A stretch of DNA of 29,532 nt, from positions 1-29,532 of IMG/VR virus record IMGVR_UViG_3300046779_001234; one strand, 5' to 3'. Source of the stretch: a virus. Taxonomy: Duplodnaviria > Caudoviricetes. Position 1 is the first letter of the stretch. Each line of letters starts with the position of its first letter. Positions 17,170-25,666 of this stretch are shown here, piece after piece. Below the pieces are notes generated by a model that made no database searches, was not told the DNA's origin, and worked only from the letters and a program-made list of their open reading frames with translations. The position numbers and the translations under genes were made by a program.

Positions 17170-17285
17170 GCAGAAACTAGTCTACGCTTAATTGGATCAA
17201 ATATCTTTGGATGCTTTTTGTTAGCCTTACCGTTTTGACGGTCAGAGTTTCTAACGCCAGAGCCTTTTCCTTTTTTAGCTGCCAT
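17166..17285 (-). CDS. Small basic peptide (39 aa, MAAKKGKGSGVRNSDRQNGKANKKHPKIFDPIKRRLVSA)
   Basis: TGTTATAAT-7 nt-ATG leaderless start; stop overlaps the convergent gene's stop. Confidence 0.6.
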   Translation of the reverse strand: MAAKKGKGSGVRNSDRQNGKANKKHPKIFDPIKRRLVSA

Positions 17286-17355
17286 AACTAAAATTATAAC
17301 ATAGGACTATTGACTTTTACTGGCTGTTTCGGTATAATTATTTTAAGGAGAGATA

Positions 17356-17583
17356 ATGGCTTTAGCTAAAATTAAGGGCAATTCAGCGACGTTTATGTGC
17401 TGGCATAACACGGACTACGAGATCGTAATTGATGATAGTCTACGATTCTTCGTAATAGATTCACCAAACTACACAAAAGCAATTGATCCAAGATTTGAGG
17501 TATGTGTGTACCACCCATCATTTGAGTTTGAATGTGTGTACATTGCCAATAAAGACGACATAGAGTTAGTGGAGATGTTTTGA
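17356..17583 (+). CDS. Hypothetical protein
   Basis: TTGACT...TATAAT promoter and AAGGAG RBS. Confidence 0.7.
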   Translation: MALAKIKGNSATFMCWHNTDYEIVIDDSLRFFVIDSPNYTKAIDPRFEVCVYHPSFEFECVYIANKDDIELVEMF

Positions 17584-17774
17584 GAATTAAATCGTATTAC
17601 GAGGGAACCATGGATGAACGGAAGCGTATTTTGGATGGCATACAAGAGATTGAAGACCAATCTCATGCCACCAAGACACCACTATTTCAAGATACTCTAT
17701 TGTCATTAATCAGGGAATTCATATCGGAGACTCATCCTCCAAAAAGATTTAGAGACATTGGAAAAGGAGAATAG
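17580..17774 (+). CDS. Hypothetical protein
   Basis: TTGA overlap; YYEG..DERKRI motif. Confidence 0.65.
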   Translation: MRIKSYYEGTMDERKRILDGIQEIEDQSHATKTPLFQDTLLSLIREFISETHPPKRFRDIGKGE

Positions 17775-18014
17775 ATGCCAATACATGTAGACATCAGGAT
17801 TAATGATCAACTACTTAATCAAGTTCATATTACACGTGTTCGTGGAAACCAGAAGCCAGATAGTTTTAACGATTATCTAGTTATTGATGGCGACTATCCA
17901 ACAAGGATGGAAGACTGGTTGATTGACGGAGTACCCTTTTCCCATCGCTATGGAGATGGTGCAGAGATTTGTGTAATGAAGGGCATGGAGGCATTGTATG
18001 GCAAGCTGGATTAA
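17775..18014 (+). CDS. Hypothetical protein
   Basis: AAGGAG RBS; F.HRYGDGA motif. Confidence 0.7.
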   Translation: MPIHVDIRINDQLLNQVHITRVRGNQKPDSFNDYLVIDGDYPTRMEDWLIDGVPFSHRYGDGAEICVMKGMEALYGKLD

Positions 18015-18213
18015 GTTTGAGAAGCAATGGTTTGGTGGATACCACCTTACATTCTTTAATAAGATTAACTTTTATGCAGGCAAGAAAAGCCTAATGAATC
18101 CTGAGATAGGGATTGATTTAAACATCTATGATCGTGCGATAACGTTCAGCCTATTTTTTGTATACGTGGGGGTAGAAATTTATCACAAAGAATACGCAGA
18201 GCTTGACAATTAG
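17998..18213 (+). CDS. Hypothetical protein
   Basis: GGAGG RBS, coupled ORF. Confidence 0.65.
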   Translation: MASWIKFEKQWFGGYHLTFFNKINFYAGKKSLMNPEIGIDLNIYDRAITFSLFFVYVGVEIYHKEYAELDN

Positions 18214-18269
18214 TCATTTAAGCGATATACTTTCATTAAACGATAAATAATTTTCAGTTAAGGAAAACA

Positions 18270-18530
18270 ATGGACGACTACAGCAAAATTTTTAATAACT
18301 ATTACAATCCTAAGCGTACACCTATTGCAGAAATTACCTATGAATTACCACAAGGAGAGATTGACGGCAGACGTGGCTGGCTGGATCTAGCACCTAATCC
18401 CATTATTACCGTGGTCTATGAAGACGGACGAAAGACCACATTTGATACCAACCTTATCTTTCAGCGTGGTGTTGAGCGTGGCATTGAAATTAAGAATAAC
18501 CAGATTAAGCGTAAGCTAGGACTAAAGTAA
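18270..18530 (+). CDS. Hypothetical protein
   Basis: Upstream TTGACA...GATACT promoter; AAGGA RBS. Confidence 0.65.
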   Translation: MDDYSKIFNNYYNPKRTPIAEITYELPQGEIDGRRGWLDLAPNPIITVVYEDGRKTTFDTNLIFQRGVERGIEIKNNQIKRKLGLK

Positions 18531-18787
18531 TGAATAACTCAGAAAAACTAATAATGCTTCTTATTGCATTTGCAGGTGCAGGAGGTCTTGTAGGGCTTAT
18601 CACCTTCCTAGTTAATGCCACGGATAATGGTGGTATTTTCTATGGCAAATGGCTAACCAAAACTAAAGCTCCACATCAGTGTGGTCATCCTAGCTGGTTT
18701 ACTGGGGAAGCAGGAGATCGCTGGCAATGTCGTAAATGCAAAACTATTTGGCAACATGCTGGGCATAGCTGGAAGGCAGAGAAATAA
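18530..18787 (+). CDS. Membrane protein with C-terminal Cys cluster
   Basis: N-terminal TM segment; HQCGHP...WQCRKC. Confidence 0.65.
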   Translation: MNNSEKLIMLLIAFAGAGGLVGLITFLVNATDNGGIFYGKWLTKTKAPHQCGHPSWFTGEAGDRWQCRKCKTIWQHAGHSWKAEK

Positions 18788-19224
18788 TGGAACTAGAACG
18801 AATTGGCTATTATGACATAGATAAGATCAAGAAGGTTCTTGTTGGTCGCAGAATTCTAATCGCCAAGGAAGCTACGCTTATCCTTGACAACGGCACTATA
18901 CTACAAATCGCTCCCAATGAAGGTGGGTGTTCCTGTGGTGCTGGAGATTATTATCTTGACAACATCAATAAGTTTGACAATGTTATCACTAACGTAGAGG
19001 TTAAGGATATTAGTGGAGAAGCAGGAACCTGGGGTGAAGATGCCCATACATATCAGCTATTCGTATATTCTGGCGGAATCTCAACATCAGTAGCAGACAT
19101 CAGCGGTGATGATGGCAATGGATACTATGGTACTGGATTTGAAATCTATGTAAAGCACGTAGCAGAAGTAAAAGAAGATAAGTTTATTAACATTTTTGAC
19201 AAGGATAACCATGAAACTAGATAA
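18787..19224 (+). CDS. Conserved hypothetical phage protein
   Basis: NEGGCSC...ITNVE...GNGYYGTGF motif; TAATG coupling. Confidence 0.7.
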   Translation: MELERIGYYDIDKIKKVLVGRRILIAKEATLILDNGTILQIAPNEGGCSCGAGDYYLDNINKFDNVITNVEVKDISGEAGTWGEDAHTYQLFVYSGGISTSVADISGDDGNGYYGTGFEIYVKHVAEVKEDKFINIFDKDNHETR

Positions 19225-19378
19225 CTATACAATTAGCAAGGTGCAGGATCAGATTGCACAATTCCTATTCATTAAGTGGCTTAATGGTGACTTAAAGGAT
19301 TGCAAAGACGCTGAGATCAGAGAACTTTATAAGCTTTATCACGCTATCATGGAAAAGCAGGTAGAGGTAATTGATTAA
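19211..19378 (+). CDS. Hypothetical protein
   Basis: AAGGA RBS before ATG 19211. Confidence 0.55.
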   Translation: MKLDNYTISKVQDQIAQFLFIKWLNGDLKDCKDAEIRELYKLYHAIMEKQVEVID

Positions 19379-19517
19379 GTATCGTAAATACGGACCTAAT
19401 CGCTATGAGCCAGGCAAATTTTTTGGCCTAGTGTTTGAAAAGCACCCAAAATATAAGGGTGTAGATATTTATATTGGTAAGTATGTTTATGTATTTTGGA
19501 CAGGGTATCGCAAGTGA
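19371..19517 (+). CDS. Hypothetical protein (48 aa, MIKYRKYGPNRYEPGKFFG...)
   Basis: GAGGT RBS, TTG start, fills the gap and overlaps next start (GTGA); not in the ORF track. Confidence 0.55.
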   Translation: MIKYRKYGPNRYEPGKFFGLVFEKHPKYKGVDIYIGKYVYVFWTGYRK

Positions 19518-19801
19518 CTGGTATGATGCGTGGTGGAAAAAACAATCCTCGCTGTAAATGTTGTAATGACGATGTCTGCGATGGCTTTCGTACACGTGAA
19601 AAGAATGAATGGAAAAAAGAAGTGGAAGAGTATAAGGGACAATCTCCCCATCTCATAGCGTTTGATGAGTTGGTTTATAATAACCCACAAATTTTCAAGG
19701 TATCTCCAGAAGAGTATGACAAACTAGAGAAACTCCTATCTGAACCACCTAAGCCAAGTGAAAGACTAAAAAGGCTATTAAGTTTAGAAAAAAATGATTA
19801 A
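19514..19801 (+). CDS. Hypothetical protein with CKCC motif
   Basis: GTGA-coupled start; C-terminal EEYDKLEKLLSEPPKPSERLKRLL resembles the DUF1778 C-terminus. Confidence 0.6.
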   Translation: MTGMMRGGKNNPRCKCCNDDVCDGFRTREKNEWKKEVEEYKGQSPHLIAFDELVYNNPQIFKVSPEEYDKLEKLLSEPPKPSERLKRLLSLEKND

Positions 19802-19875
19802 AGTTCGGGCGACAAAAAGTTCGTCGGTATATAGGAGATCCTATGCTACTAACGTAGCAATATCCACCAGTATCC

Positions 19876-20451
19876 CTAAAGCTTTTTAAACCATAGCTGA
19901 TAGTTCTTGATAATGACCTCTACCTTATCGCTATTAGCAGCTATAAATTCATCTATTGCATCCTTTGGTCTTAGATAAGACTCCAGGTCAATTCTCCACA
20001 GATAATCGTCGCAAGCTATAACTCCACCTGGATTTAAAATCTTAAATGACTCTTCCAGATCTGCTGCAACATCCGCCTTCTTGTGAGAAGCATCTATGTA
20101 GATGAAGTCGAATGTCTCTTTATTTTGCTTAAAGAACTCTGAGGTAGTCCCTTTGAACTTGACAGTGTTTAAGCCACGAGTTTGGGCATCGTAAAGAGCT
20201 TCAATACTGCTGTCATAAAAATTTTCATGCCCATCTGCATGACCATCTTCAGATCTAGATCCAATCCAGGTATCGACATCGACACAAGAACCATTCACTC
20301 TCTCTAACATCCACCTAGTTCCATGACCAGTATATGCTCCAAGATGAAGTATCTTGATAGGCTTATCTTTGAAGTATTTGGCTTTCTCAAAGAAGCGAGG
20401 AAAGTTTCTGTGATCGTTTAAAGCACCTTCAAAATAGATTGGTATATACAT
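19876..20451 (-). CDS. Class I SAM-dependent methyltransferase (Methyltransf_24-like)
   Basis: LHLGAYTG, VDTW, FDFIYIDASH, LNPGGVIACDDYLW; start moved to 20451 (TGATATACT-7 nt-ATG). Confidence 0.88.
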   Translation of the reverse strand: MYIPIYFEGALNDHRNFPRFFEKAKYFKDKPIKILHLGAYTGHGTRWMLERVNGSCVDVDTWIGSRSEDGHADGHENFYDSSIEALYDAQTRGLNTVKFKGTTSEFFKQNKETFDFIYIDASHKKADVAADLEESFKILNPGGVIACDDYLWRIDLESYLRPKDAIDEFIAANSDKVEVIIKNYQLWFKKL

Positions 20452-20519
20452 AATATATAGTATATCAGCAAAGCTCAGGGGTATTGACAAATGGGATCGT
20501 AATACCCTATAATAGATAC

Positions 20520-20744
20520 ATGAGCAAACACTGTCCAGTATGTGGATTCCTAATGATAGAGCTAGACAATGTATATACATGTCCTAATCAGAAGTATGAG
20601 TATATCCCAGCTAAGAGCTATGTCGTAGATATGAATGAACAAGGCATCTATATGGATGAAAGTCTACTCAATGCTCTCAAGGAACTAGGTCCTAATTTTA
20701 ATGCTATTGATTGGCTAAAAAATTCGGGGAATCAAGAGAAGTGA
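20520..20744 (+). CDS. Zinc-ribbon-like hypothetical protein
   Basis: TTGACA-18-TATAAT-6-ATG; HCPVCG...YTCPN. Confidence 0.65.
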   Translation: MSKHCPVCGFLMIELDNVYTCPNQKYEYIPAKSYVVDMNEQGIYMDESLLNALKELGPNFNAIDWLKNSGNQEK

Positions 20745-20775
20745 TCGTAATCCCTATAAGAAAGAATAACCCTAT

Positions 20776-20853
20776 ATGCAAGAAACCCTAGTAGCGATAA
20801 CACTGATTGGTTTGGCTATTGCCATATCCTGGATATTGGATAAGTATAAATAA
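20776..20853 (+). CDS. Tiny single-TM peptide (25 aa)
   Basis: MQETLVAITLIGLAIAISWILDKYK; TAATG-coupled to next ORF. Confidence 0.45.
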   Translation: MQETLVAITLIGLAIAISWILDKYK

Positions 20854-20924
20854 TGGACACTATTTTGATAGCAATTGCTTGTTTTATAGGAGCTTTTATT
20901 GCATCCTACATATCATACAAATAA
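20853..20924 (+). CDS. Tiny single-TM peptide (23 aa)
   Basis: MDTILIAIACFIGAFIASYISYK. Confidence 0.45.
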   Translation: MDTILIAIACFIGAFIASYISYK

Positions 20925-21660
20925 CCCCATAGCCCACAAAAAGATCAAATAGATACCCCCTCAGAATGGCATACAAGGCTTCTGAGAGGTGTTTCTGATG
21001 GTGTTATTGCAGAAATATATCTTACTGATTATATTGTGATTTGATATGGAAGTGGAGGATTGTGGAGATATGTGGATGATTGAGCATCTTTAATAGGCCT
21101 CGTAATCATTTTCCCAAATCCCCCTATCCCCAAATAGCCAAATCATTATATCCCCAAATCCCCAAATTGTCAATAGCTGTTATCAATTTGTTATAATATA
21201 TAGCCCAAATTGGCATATCAAAATGTAACAAAACGATAACAAAATATCCAAATTTGTTTAATTAAATATCAAAACATATCAGAAAATAATCAAAACAATC
21301 TATTTCTATATAGGGTGTATTTGCCTATAGGGTTATGTTTTATATAGGGGGTAATTGGTATGGATCGTAATCTTATTTGTACCCTGGCCCCTGGCCAGCC
21401 CCAAAAATTGGGGGCATTTATAAGAAGGATCGTAATCCCCTATAGTACAAATACCCTATATACAAATAACACATTAGCTGATATCCCAATTTGGATAAAA
21501 ACTTTCTGGGATTTTTTAGCTAGGGATCGTAATGTCAAATTATATAAATTTGGATATCTATAATTTGGGAAAAATAATTTGGGGATCGTAATACTTGGAT
21601 CGTAATGTATTTGTTATATATTGCCTATTGACAATTTGAATAAAGTGTGGATCGGCCCCA
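20925..21660. repeat. AT-rich non-coding region with GATCGTAAT, CCAAAT/ATTTGG and CCCTATA/TATAGGG repeats; candidate origin or terminal region
   Basis: GATCGTAAT at 21363, 21428, 21525, 21584, 21598 (also 20495, 20743); lies at the + to - gene strand switch. Confidence 0.6.
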
Positions 21661-21692
21661 GGCTGCCACTTTTGTCAAGTGGCAACCCAGGA
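21657..21692 (-). terminator. GC-rich hairpin ending the minus-strand arm
   Basis: CCTGGGTTGCCACTT-GACAA-AAGTGGCAGCCTGGG directly after stop at 21699; no U-tract. Confidence 0.5.
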
Positions 21693-21698
21693 TTTCTT

Positions 21699-21959
21699 TT
21701 ACTCGTCTATAGCCAGCAAATCGTCTAGGCTCTCGTAGCCTGTATCCTCTACGCCTAAGCCAGCAAGTAGCAAGTCAAAGGTTTCACTAATAAACTGCTC
21801 TGCCATAGGCGACAACTCTACAATGTTGGCTGATACAATGTAGGCAAGTGGCAAGCCAATGTCGTTATACTGGATAAAATCTTGGAACTCGTCATCTTGG
21901 CGATAGTTTAGCCATAGGTCTGATAGAATGTTTGCCTTGTCAGTAATTGATGTCGCCAT
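21699..21959 (-). CDS. Hypothetical phage protein
   Basis: F..YNDIGLPLAY motif; AAGGAAG RBS. Confidence 0.75.
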   Translation of the reverse strand: MATSITDKANILSDLWLNYRQDDEFQDFIQYNDIGLPLAYIVSANIVELSPMAEQFISETFDLLLAGLGVEDTGYESLDDLLAIDE

Positions 21960-22131
21960 TTGTTTCTTCCTTTTCGTATTTTGAGGCTTCCGCCACTTCT
22001 TGAACTCGCCTGTATGTTGTATTGCTGTGTCTTGCTAAGTAAATCCCTACTTGCTCTAAATCTATTGTTAGGTCATTTACTAGTTTTGCTATTTTCTCTG
22101 ATACTTTCTCAGCCTCGCTTTTTCCTCTCAT
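21940..22131 (-). CDS. Hypothetical phage protein
   Basis: GAGGT RBS before ATG 22131; upstream TTGACA-17-TAAAAT promoter (22149-22177). Confidence 0.7.
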   Translation of the reverse strand: MRGKSEAEKVSEKIAKLVNDLTIDLEQVGIYLARHSNTTYRRVQEVAEASKYEKEETNGDINY

Positions 22132-22165
22132 ACTACACCTCACTTGCTATTTTACCAAAGTTTGT

Positions 22166-22273
22166 TGGGGGTGTCAAGAGTGAAAGTAGTAAATTCTCTC
22201 AACACCCCCATGGTAACACCCAGCTACCCCTAACTAGGTTGTTACCGTCCTACGGAGTAGTCTCAACGTAGGA
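22166..22273 (-). ncRNA. Three tandem hairpins in a 3' UTR; loops ACUA, GGGG (UAGGGGUA) and CUACUUUC
   Basis: Stems TCCTACG/CGTAGGA, GGTAACA-CCTAGTTA/TAGCTGGG-TGTTACC, TGGGGGTGT/ACACCCCCA; G-U pairs favour the minus strand. Confidence 0.6.
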
Positions 22274-22284
22274 AGTCTATTTAG

Positions 22285-22626
22285 TTAATCTTTGTACTTG
22301 GGGAATGATTCTAGATACATCTTGATACTATCTGGCATTACGTCCCAGTAGTCCTTGAGGTACCCCTCCATACCGTACCAGCAATCGCCATCTTCAAAGT
22401 ATGCGTCGTTGTTGAGTCCTAGTGCACGAATCTCGTCAACAGTTAGCCTGCGTGGCACTGCAACCTCTTCGTGACCTGCACCTTCGAATGCATAAACATG
22501 TATGCTCCATGATGTAGGGTCGTAGTACCAATGATTAGTACGTGGGTCCTGCTCCTCCTGCATGAAGATATTCAGGTCATAGTCAATCTTAGTCTTATTA
22601 GCATTCTTGCTTCTAGTTAGTACCAC
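22285..22626 (-). CDS. Hypothetical protein
   Basis: ORF in the minus-strand operon. Confidence 0.7.
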   Translation of the reverse strand: MVLTRSKNANKTKIDYDLNIFMQEEQDPRTNHWYYDPTSWSIHVYAFEGAGHEEVAVPRRLTVDEIRALGLNNDAYFEDGDCWYGMEGYLKDYWDVMPDSIKMYLESFPKYKD

Positions 22627-22904
22627 GGTCCCTCTTCCGTTATGTCGTGGTCTTCACAGCCACAGCAGTTCAAACAGTACTGTTGCATCTGGTCACACCT
22701 GTATACGTCCATTATAACTTCTTTGTCTTCTTTAGTCAAGTAGACCTGGCAGTCGCTACAAATTTCGATCGATTCCTCGTCTAGCAACTGGAATACCTCA
22801 CCTGCCTCTACATGGTTATAGAACTTTTCGATTAGTTCTTTCTCCCACTCAGGGTCAATGAGCAATGTAAACTTCTTAACTAACAATTGGTGCGTCCTCT
22901 CCAT
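22617..22904 (-). CDS. Cys-rich hypothetical protein
   Basis: CSDC, CDQ, CLNCCGC; true start possibly TTG 22886. Confidence 0.65.
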   Translation of the reverse strand: MERTHQLLVKKFTLLIDPEWEKELIEKFYNHVEAGEVFQLLDEESIEICSDCQVYLTKEDKEVIMDVYRCDQMQQYCLNCCGCEDHDITEEGPWY

Positions 22905-23313
22905 AGATGTCCTTTAGTGCCTCTACAGTGTCACAGTCGATGTCAATCATACCCTCGTCGCAATCTGGGCAGTCAGGGTTAGGGTCACCATCCCAAGTTA
23001 GAACACCATCAGTCTCTTCATCTACGCAGTCACACTGGCGGTATACCCAACTAGGAACTTCAGTATACTCATCTTCCCAAGGATTCTCAGTAATGTAGTA
23101 GTGAATACGGTTTACGAAATGATAGCCAGCAACAATGTAAGTGCCGCTGTCTCCGTCTACCTCTGTCCAGATATACTTGTTGTCAGCCTTCTGAACAAAC
23201 TCTACTTCCTCGCCATAGGTTTCGAAGTGAAGGTCTTGTCCATGCTTAGTTAGATGATTTTTGATTGGCTTGAAGGTGTCTACCCAAGATGAGTAGGTAT
23301 AGAATTTAGACAT
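22876..23313 (-). CDS. Hypothetical phage protein with C-terminal Zn finger
   Basis: FETYGEE..FV, IWT, GYHFVNRIHYYITENPW, CDC...CPDC. Confidence 0.75.
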   Translation of the reverse strand: MSKFYTYSSWVDTFKPIKNHLTKHGQDLHFETYGEEVEFVQKADNKYIWTEVDGDSGTYIVAGYHFVNRIHYYITENPWEDEYTEVPSWVYRQCDCVDEETDGVLTWDGDPNPDCPDCDEGMIDIDCDTVEALKDIYGEDAPIVS

Positions 23314-23325
23314 TGGGGTCCTATC

Positions 23326-23853
23326 TTAGAAGTGGAAGTCTACAGGAACAATATACCAGTTTTTGATACCCTTGTCAATAGCCTCAAACATATAGGCAGG
23401 GGTAGTTGTGTCGTTATGGCTATCAAAGAAGTATGAGTTATAGTCCCATTCACCATATGCCATATCAATAATCTTCTTTAGTGGATACATCTCTGAGAAT
23501 GAGGCGAACATCTTTTCACGAGGATTGTAGTCAGAGATAATCTTAGTAATGATATCTGCATTTACATCCTTAGCATAGTCATCAAACTCACGCTTACGGC
23601 TTTCCATAGATTGCAGCACACGCTCTTCAAATAGGTCAGGGTCAGTCTCATAGGATAGAACCATAGACTGGTCGTCATCGTTATACTGGTTATCAGGGTT
23701 AGGATTCCACCTACCCCCACCAGTTACAAACCAGTCATACCATGAGGCATAACTGTATTCGCTTCCCATAGCAGTCTCAAGATAATCTTTGACTGAACGG
23801 AATGCCATGTCTTTGTCGTCAGCTGTAGTGGCTATCCACTGTAATACATGCAT
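23326..23853 (-). CDS. Hypothetical phage protein
   Basis: WYDWFVTGGGRW and terminal VPVDFH motif. Confidence 0.78.
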   Translation of the reverse strand: MHVLQWIATTADDKDMAFRSVKDYLETAMGSEYSYASWYDWFVTGGGRWNPNPDNQYNDDDQSMVLSYETDPDLFEERVLQSMESRKREFDDYAKDVNADIITKIISDYNPREKMFASFSEMYPLKKIIDMAYGEWDYNSYFFDSHNDTTTPAYMFEAIDKGIKNWYIVPVDFHF

Positions 23854-23884
23854 GGGGTTATACTTTCTCTAGGGTAATACTATT

Positions 23885-24436
23885 TTACAGTAAAACGTTA
23901 GCGTTGTCAACTGCCTCTTGCAAGATTTCCTCTGCCCTGGCGGTAGCAAACGCCTGTAGATAATCTTCCTGCGTAGGCAACTTATCTAGCGGAAACTCTA
24001 CAGTCACACCATACTTAGTAATAAACTTATTAGTGTTGTAGTTGATTTCATAGACACCCTCACAGAATAGGTCGTCTCCCTCAAAGCCACTCTCGTCTAC
24101 AAGTGGAATAGGTCCAGCAGACCAACGCACTACATTGAGAATGTCTCCACAGGTATCTCTACTAAGACTAGGAAGCATAGAACTAAACTTCTTCATGTGA
24201 GTAGTTTCTGGATAGCGAGCATTGTATTCATCATAGATAGCGTCACGCAGTTCGTCTGCTGCGAAGTAGCACTTATCTAATGCTAACTCCAGTTCCTCTA
24301 CAGCATAACGGTCAGCGGTAAGGATAGATAGAATCTTTACACCCTGTCCCTCTGGATAGTGGTCCCATTGTCCGTATTGTGCTACCTTTAGAATGTTGTC
24401 TTTGTCAATTACTTTAGTAAGTCCACGAGTTCCCAT
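23885..24436 (-). CDS. Hypothetical phage protein
   Basis: MGTR...QYGQWDHYPEGQG motif. Confidence 0.78.
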   Translation of the reverse strand: MGTRGLTKVIDKDNILKVAQYGQWDHYPEGQGVKILSILTADRYAVEELELALDKCYFAADELRDAIYDEYNARYPETTHMKKFSSMLPSLSRDTCGDILNVVRWSAGPIPLVDESGFEGDDLFCEGVYEINYNTNKFITKYGVTVEFPLDKLPTQEDYLQAFATARAEEILQEAVDNANVLL

Positions 24437-24459
24437 GGTTATCTACTTTCTTTTGGGGG

Positions 24460-24690
24460 TTAGTTAAATATATTATACGCTGAAAAGTCTGAATTGTCAA
24501 CAGCAAATCGCTGGGCATTCATCCAAGCTGACTCACCAAAGAAATACTTAGGCTTGCCAGAAACGGGGGAAACTTTATAATAGTCGTAATACTTATCAGA
24601 CTCATATACGTTCACACCACCGTTGTGGAAGATCCTTGTCCATGTAGTGGATGATACTGATGGCTTCTTGCTTGCTAATACTTTACTCAT
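24460..24690 (-). CDS. Hypothetical protein
   Basis: GGAG RBS; KYFFGESAW..A.R motif. Confidence 0.7.
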   Translation of the reverse strand: MSKVLASKKPSVSSTTWTRIFHNGGVNVYESDKYYDYYKVSPVSGKPKYFFGESAWMNAQRFAVDNSDFSAYNIFN

Positions 24691-24859
24691 CTTCTCCCTC
24701 TACCCACATCTCACCAGTGTAGTTGTATGAATTAACATCGTATGCAAATTCCCAAATTTCTTCATCGTCTGCAATTTCTAGGGCTTCTTCTCTTGACTTT
24801 GCTTCTATGGTAATTTGTTCCCAGTTTGTATATTCTCTTTGCACTTTATAATATGGCAT
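24683..24859 (-). CDS. Small acidic protein (58 aa) with IEAxSxEEA motif
   Basis: AAAGGAG RBS; paralogous to 26048-26236; not in the ORF track. Confidence 0.7.
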   Translation of the reverse strand: MPYYKVQREYTNWEQITIEAKSREEALEIADDEEIWEFAYDVNSYNYTGEMWVEGEDE

Positions 24860-24982
24860 ATGTCTCCTTTGGGGTTATAACCAATTATCCCAAAATTGGG
24901 GGATTTTGTCAAGTGTTCGTAATTACTTTTTTATAAGTAACTATATATATTATGTTAACCTGGATCGGCCCATCCTGGGAAG

Positions 24983-25156
24983 CTACTCTTTCATATCAAT
25001 GCTAAGGCTGGCAAGCAAAACCTGTAGTGTCATTCTTGCAGGTATCACGTCAAGGGCAGGATTATCGATAGCATTCTTGATAGTCTTTACAACATAGTCG
25101 TGCATATCCTTCATGCCCTGCTCATACCCAATTTGTTCCATCTCTGATACAGCCAT
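24983..25156 (-). CDS. Hypothetical protein (57 aa, MAVSEMEQIGYEQG...)
   Basis: GGAG RBS, TAATG coupling; not in the ORF track. Confidence 0.6.
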   Translation of the reverse strand: MAVSEMEQIGYEQGMKDMHDYVVKTIKNAIDNPALDVIPARMTLQVLLASLSIDMKE

Positions 25157-25353
25157 TAGCAACTCCCATCGTTTGGTATCTGGTCTTCTGGAACACCCAT
25201 CATTCTTAGGACAGACTGGCTTCTATTGATAAGCCCCTCTAGATAGTCACCAAAACTATCATTGATGTCTAGCCCATCTTTCTCACCAATAAACAAAGCG
25301 GTGTCCTCAATAAGGAACTTGATAATTTCCTCGTTAGTCATTGTCTTCGTCAT
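25156..25353 (-). CDS. Hypothetical protein
   Basis: GGAG RBS, coupled ORF. Confidence 0.65.
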   Translation of the reverse strand: MTKTMTNEEIIKFLIEDTALFIGEKDGLDINDSFGDYLEGLINRSQSVLRMMGVPEDQIPNDGSC

Positions 25354-25531
25354 TGTATGCTGCTCCGTTCATTAGGATGTATGCGTATTCGAGAGCGTCT
25401 AGCCAACCCTCAGCATGCTTGCGTTCCATCGTTTCATCAAAGTCATAGCCAGACCTTTCCTCTACGCCGATGGCTTCAGCAAGTGACACTCGTGCCTGCT
25501 TGATTTCTTGTTCTAGGGCTTTTAGGTTCAT
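25334..25531 (-). CDS. Hypothetical protein
   Basis: AAAGG RBS; AEGWLDALE motif. Confidence 0.65.
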   Translation of the reverse strand: MNLKALEQEIKQARVSLAEAIGVEERSGYDFDETMERKHAEGWLDALEYAYILMNGAAYNDEDND

Positions 25532-25629
25532 TACTTTACCTTTGCTAACATCTCTGATAGTTTTATTAGTTGTTCTGGGGTAAGGCTGTTCAAAACATCC
25601 TCGTTGATTAGATTATTACTTGTCCACAT
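25531..25629 (-). CDS. Small leaderless protein (32 aa, MWTSNNLINE...)
   Basis: ATGTC-type promoter with TACAAT 7 nt before ATG 25629. Confidence 0.6.
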   Translation of the reverse strand: MWTSNNLINEDVLNSLTPEQLIKLSEMLAKVK

Positions 25630-25666
25630 AGAAACCATTGTAGCGTTAGGGTCAGACATTTTACTC

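Noticed and set aside
21360-21563. 67-aa ORF in the repeat region
   Set aside because: Made of the DNA repeats, with no RBS or protein-like features.
20495-21606. CRISPR-like array from GATCGTAAT repeats
   Set aside because: Repeat is only 9 nt with irregular spacing and no cas genes.
21960-22271. 103-aa plus-strand Leu-rich ORF
   Set aside because: Antisense to a gene with promoter and RBS and to the structured UTR; no RBS of its own.
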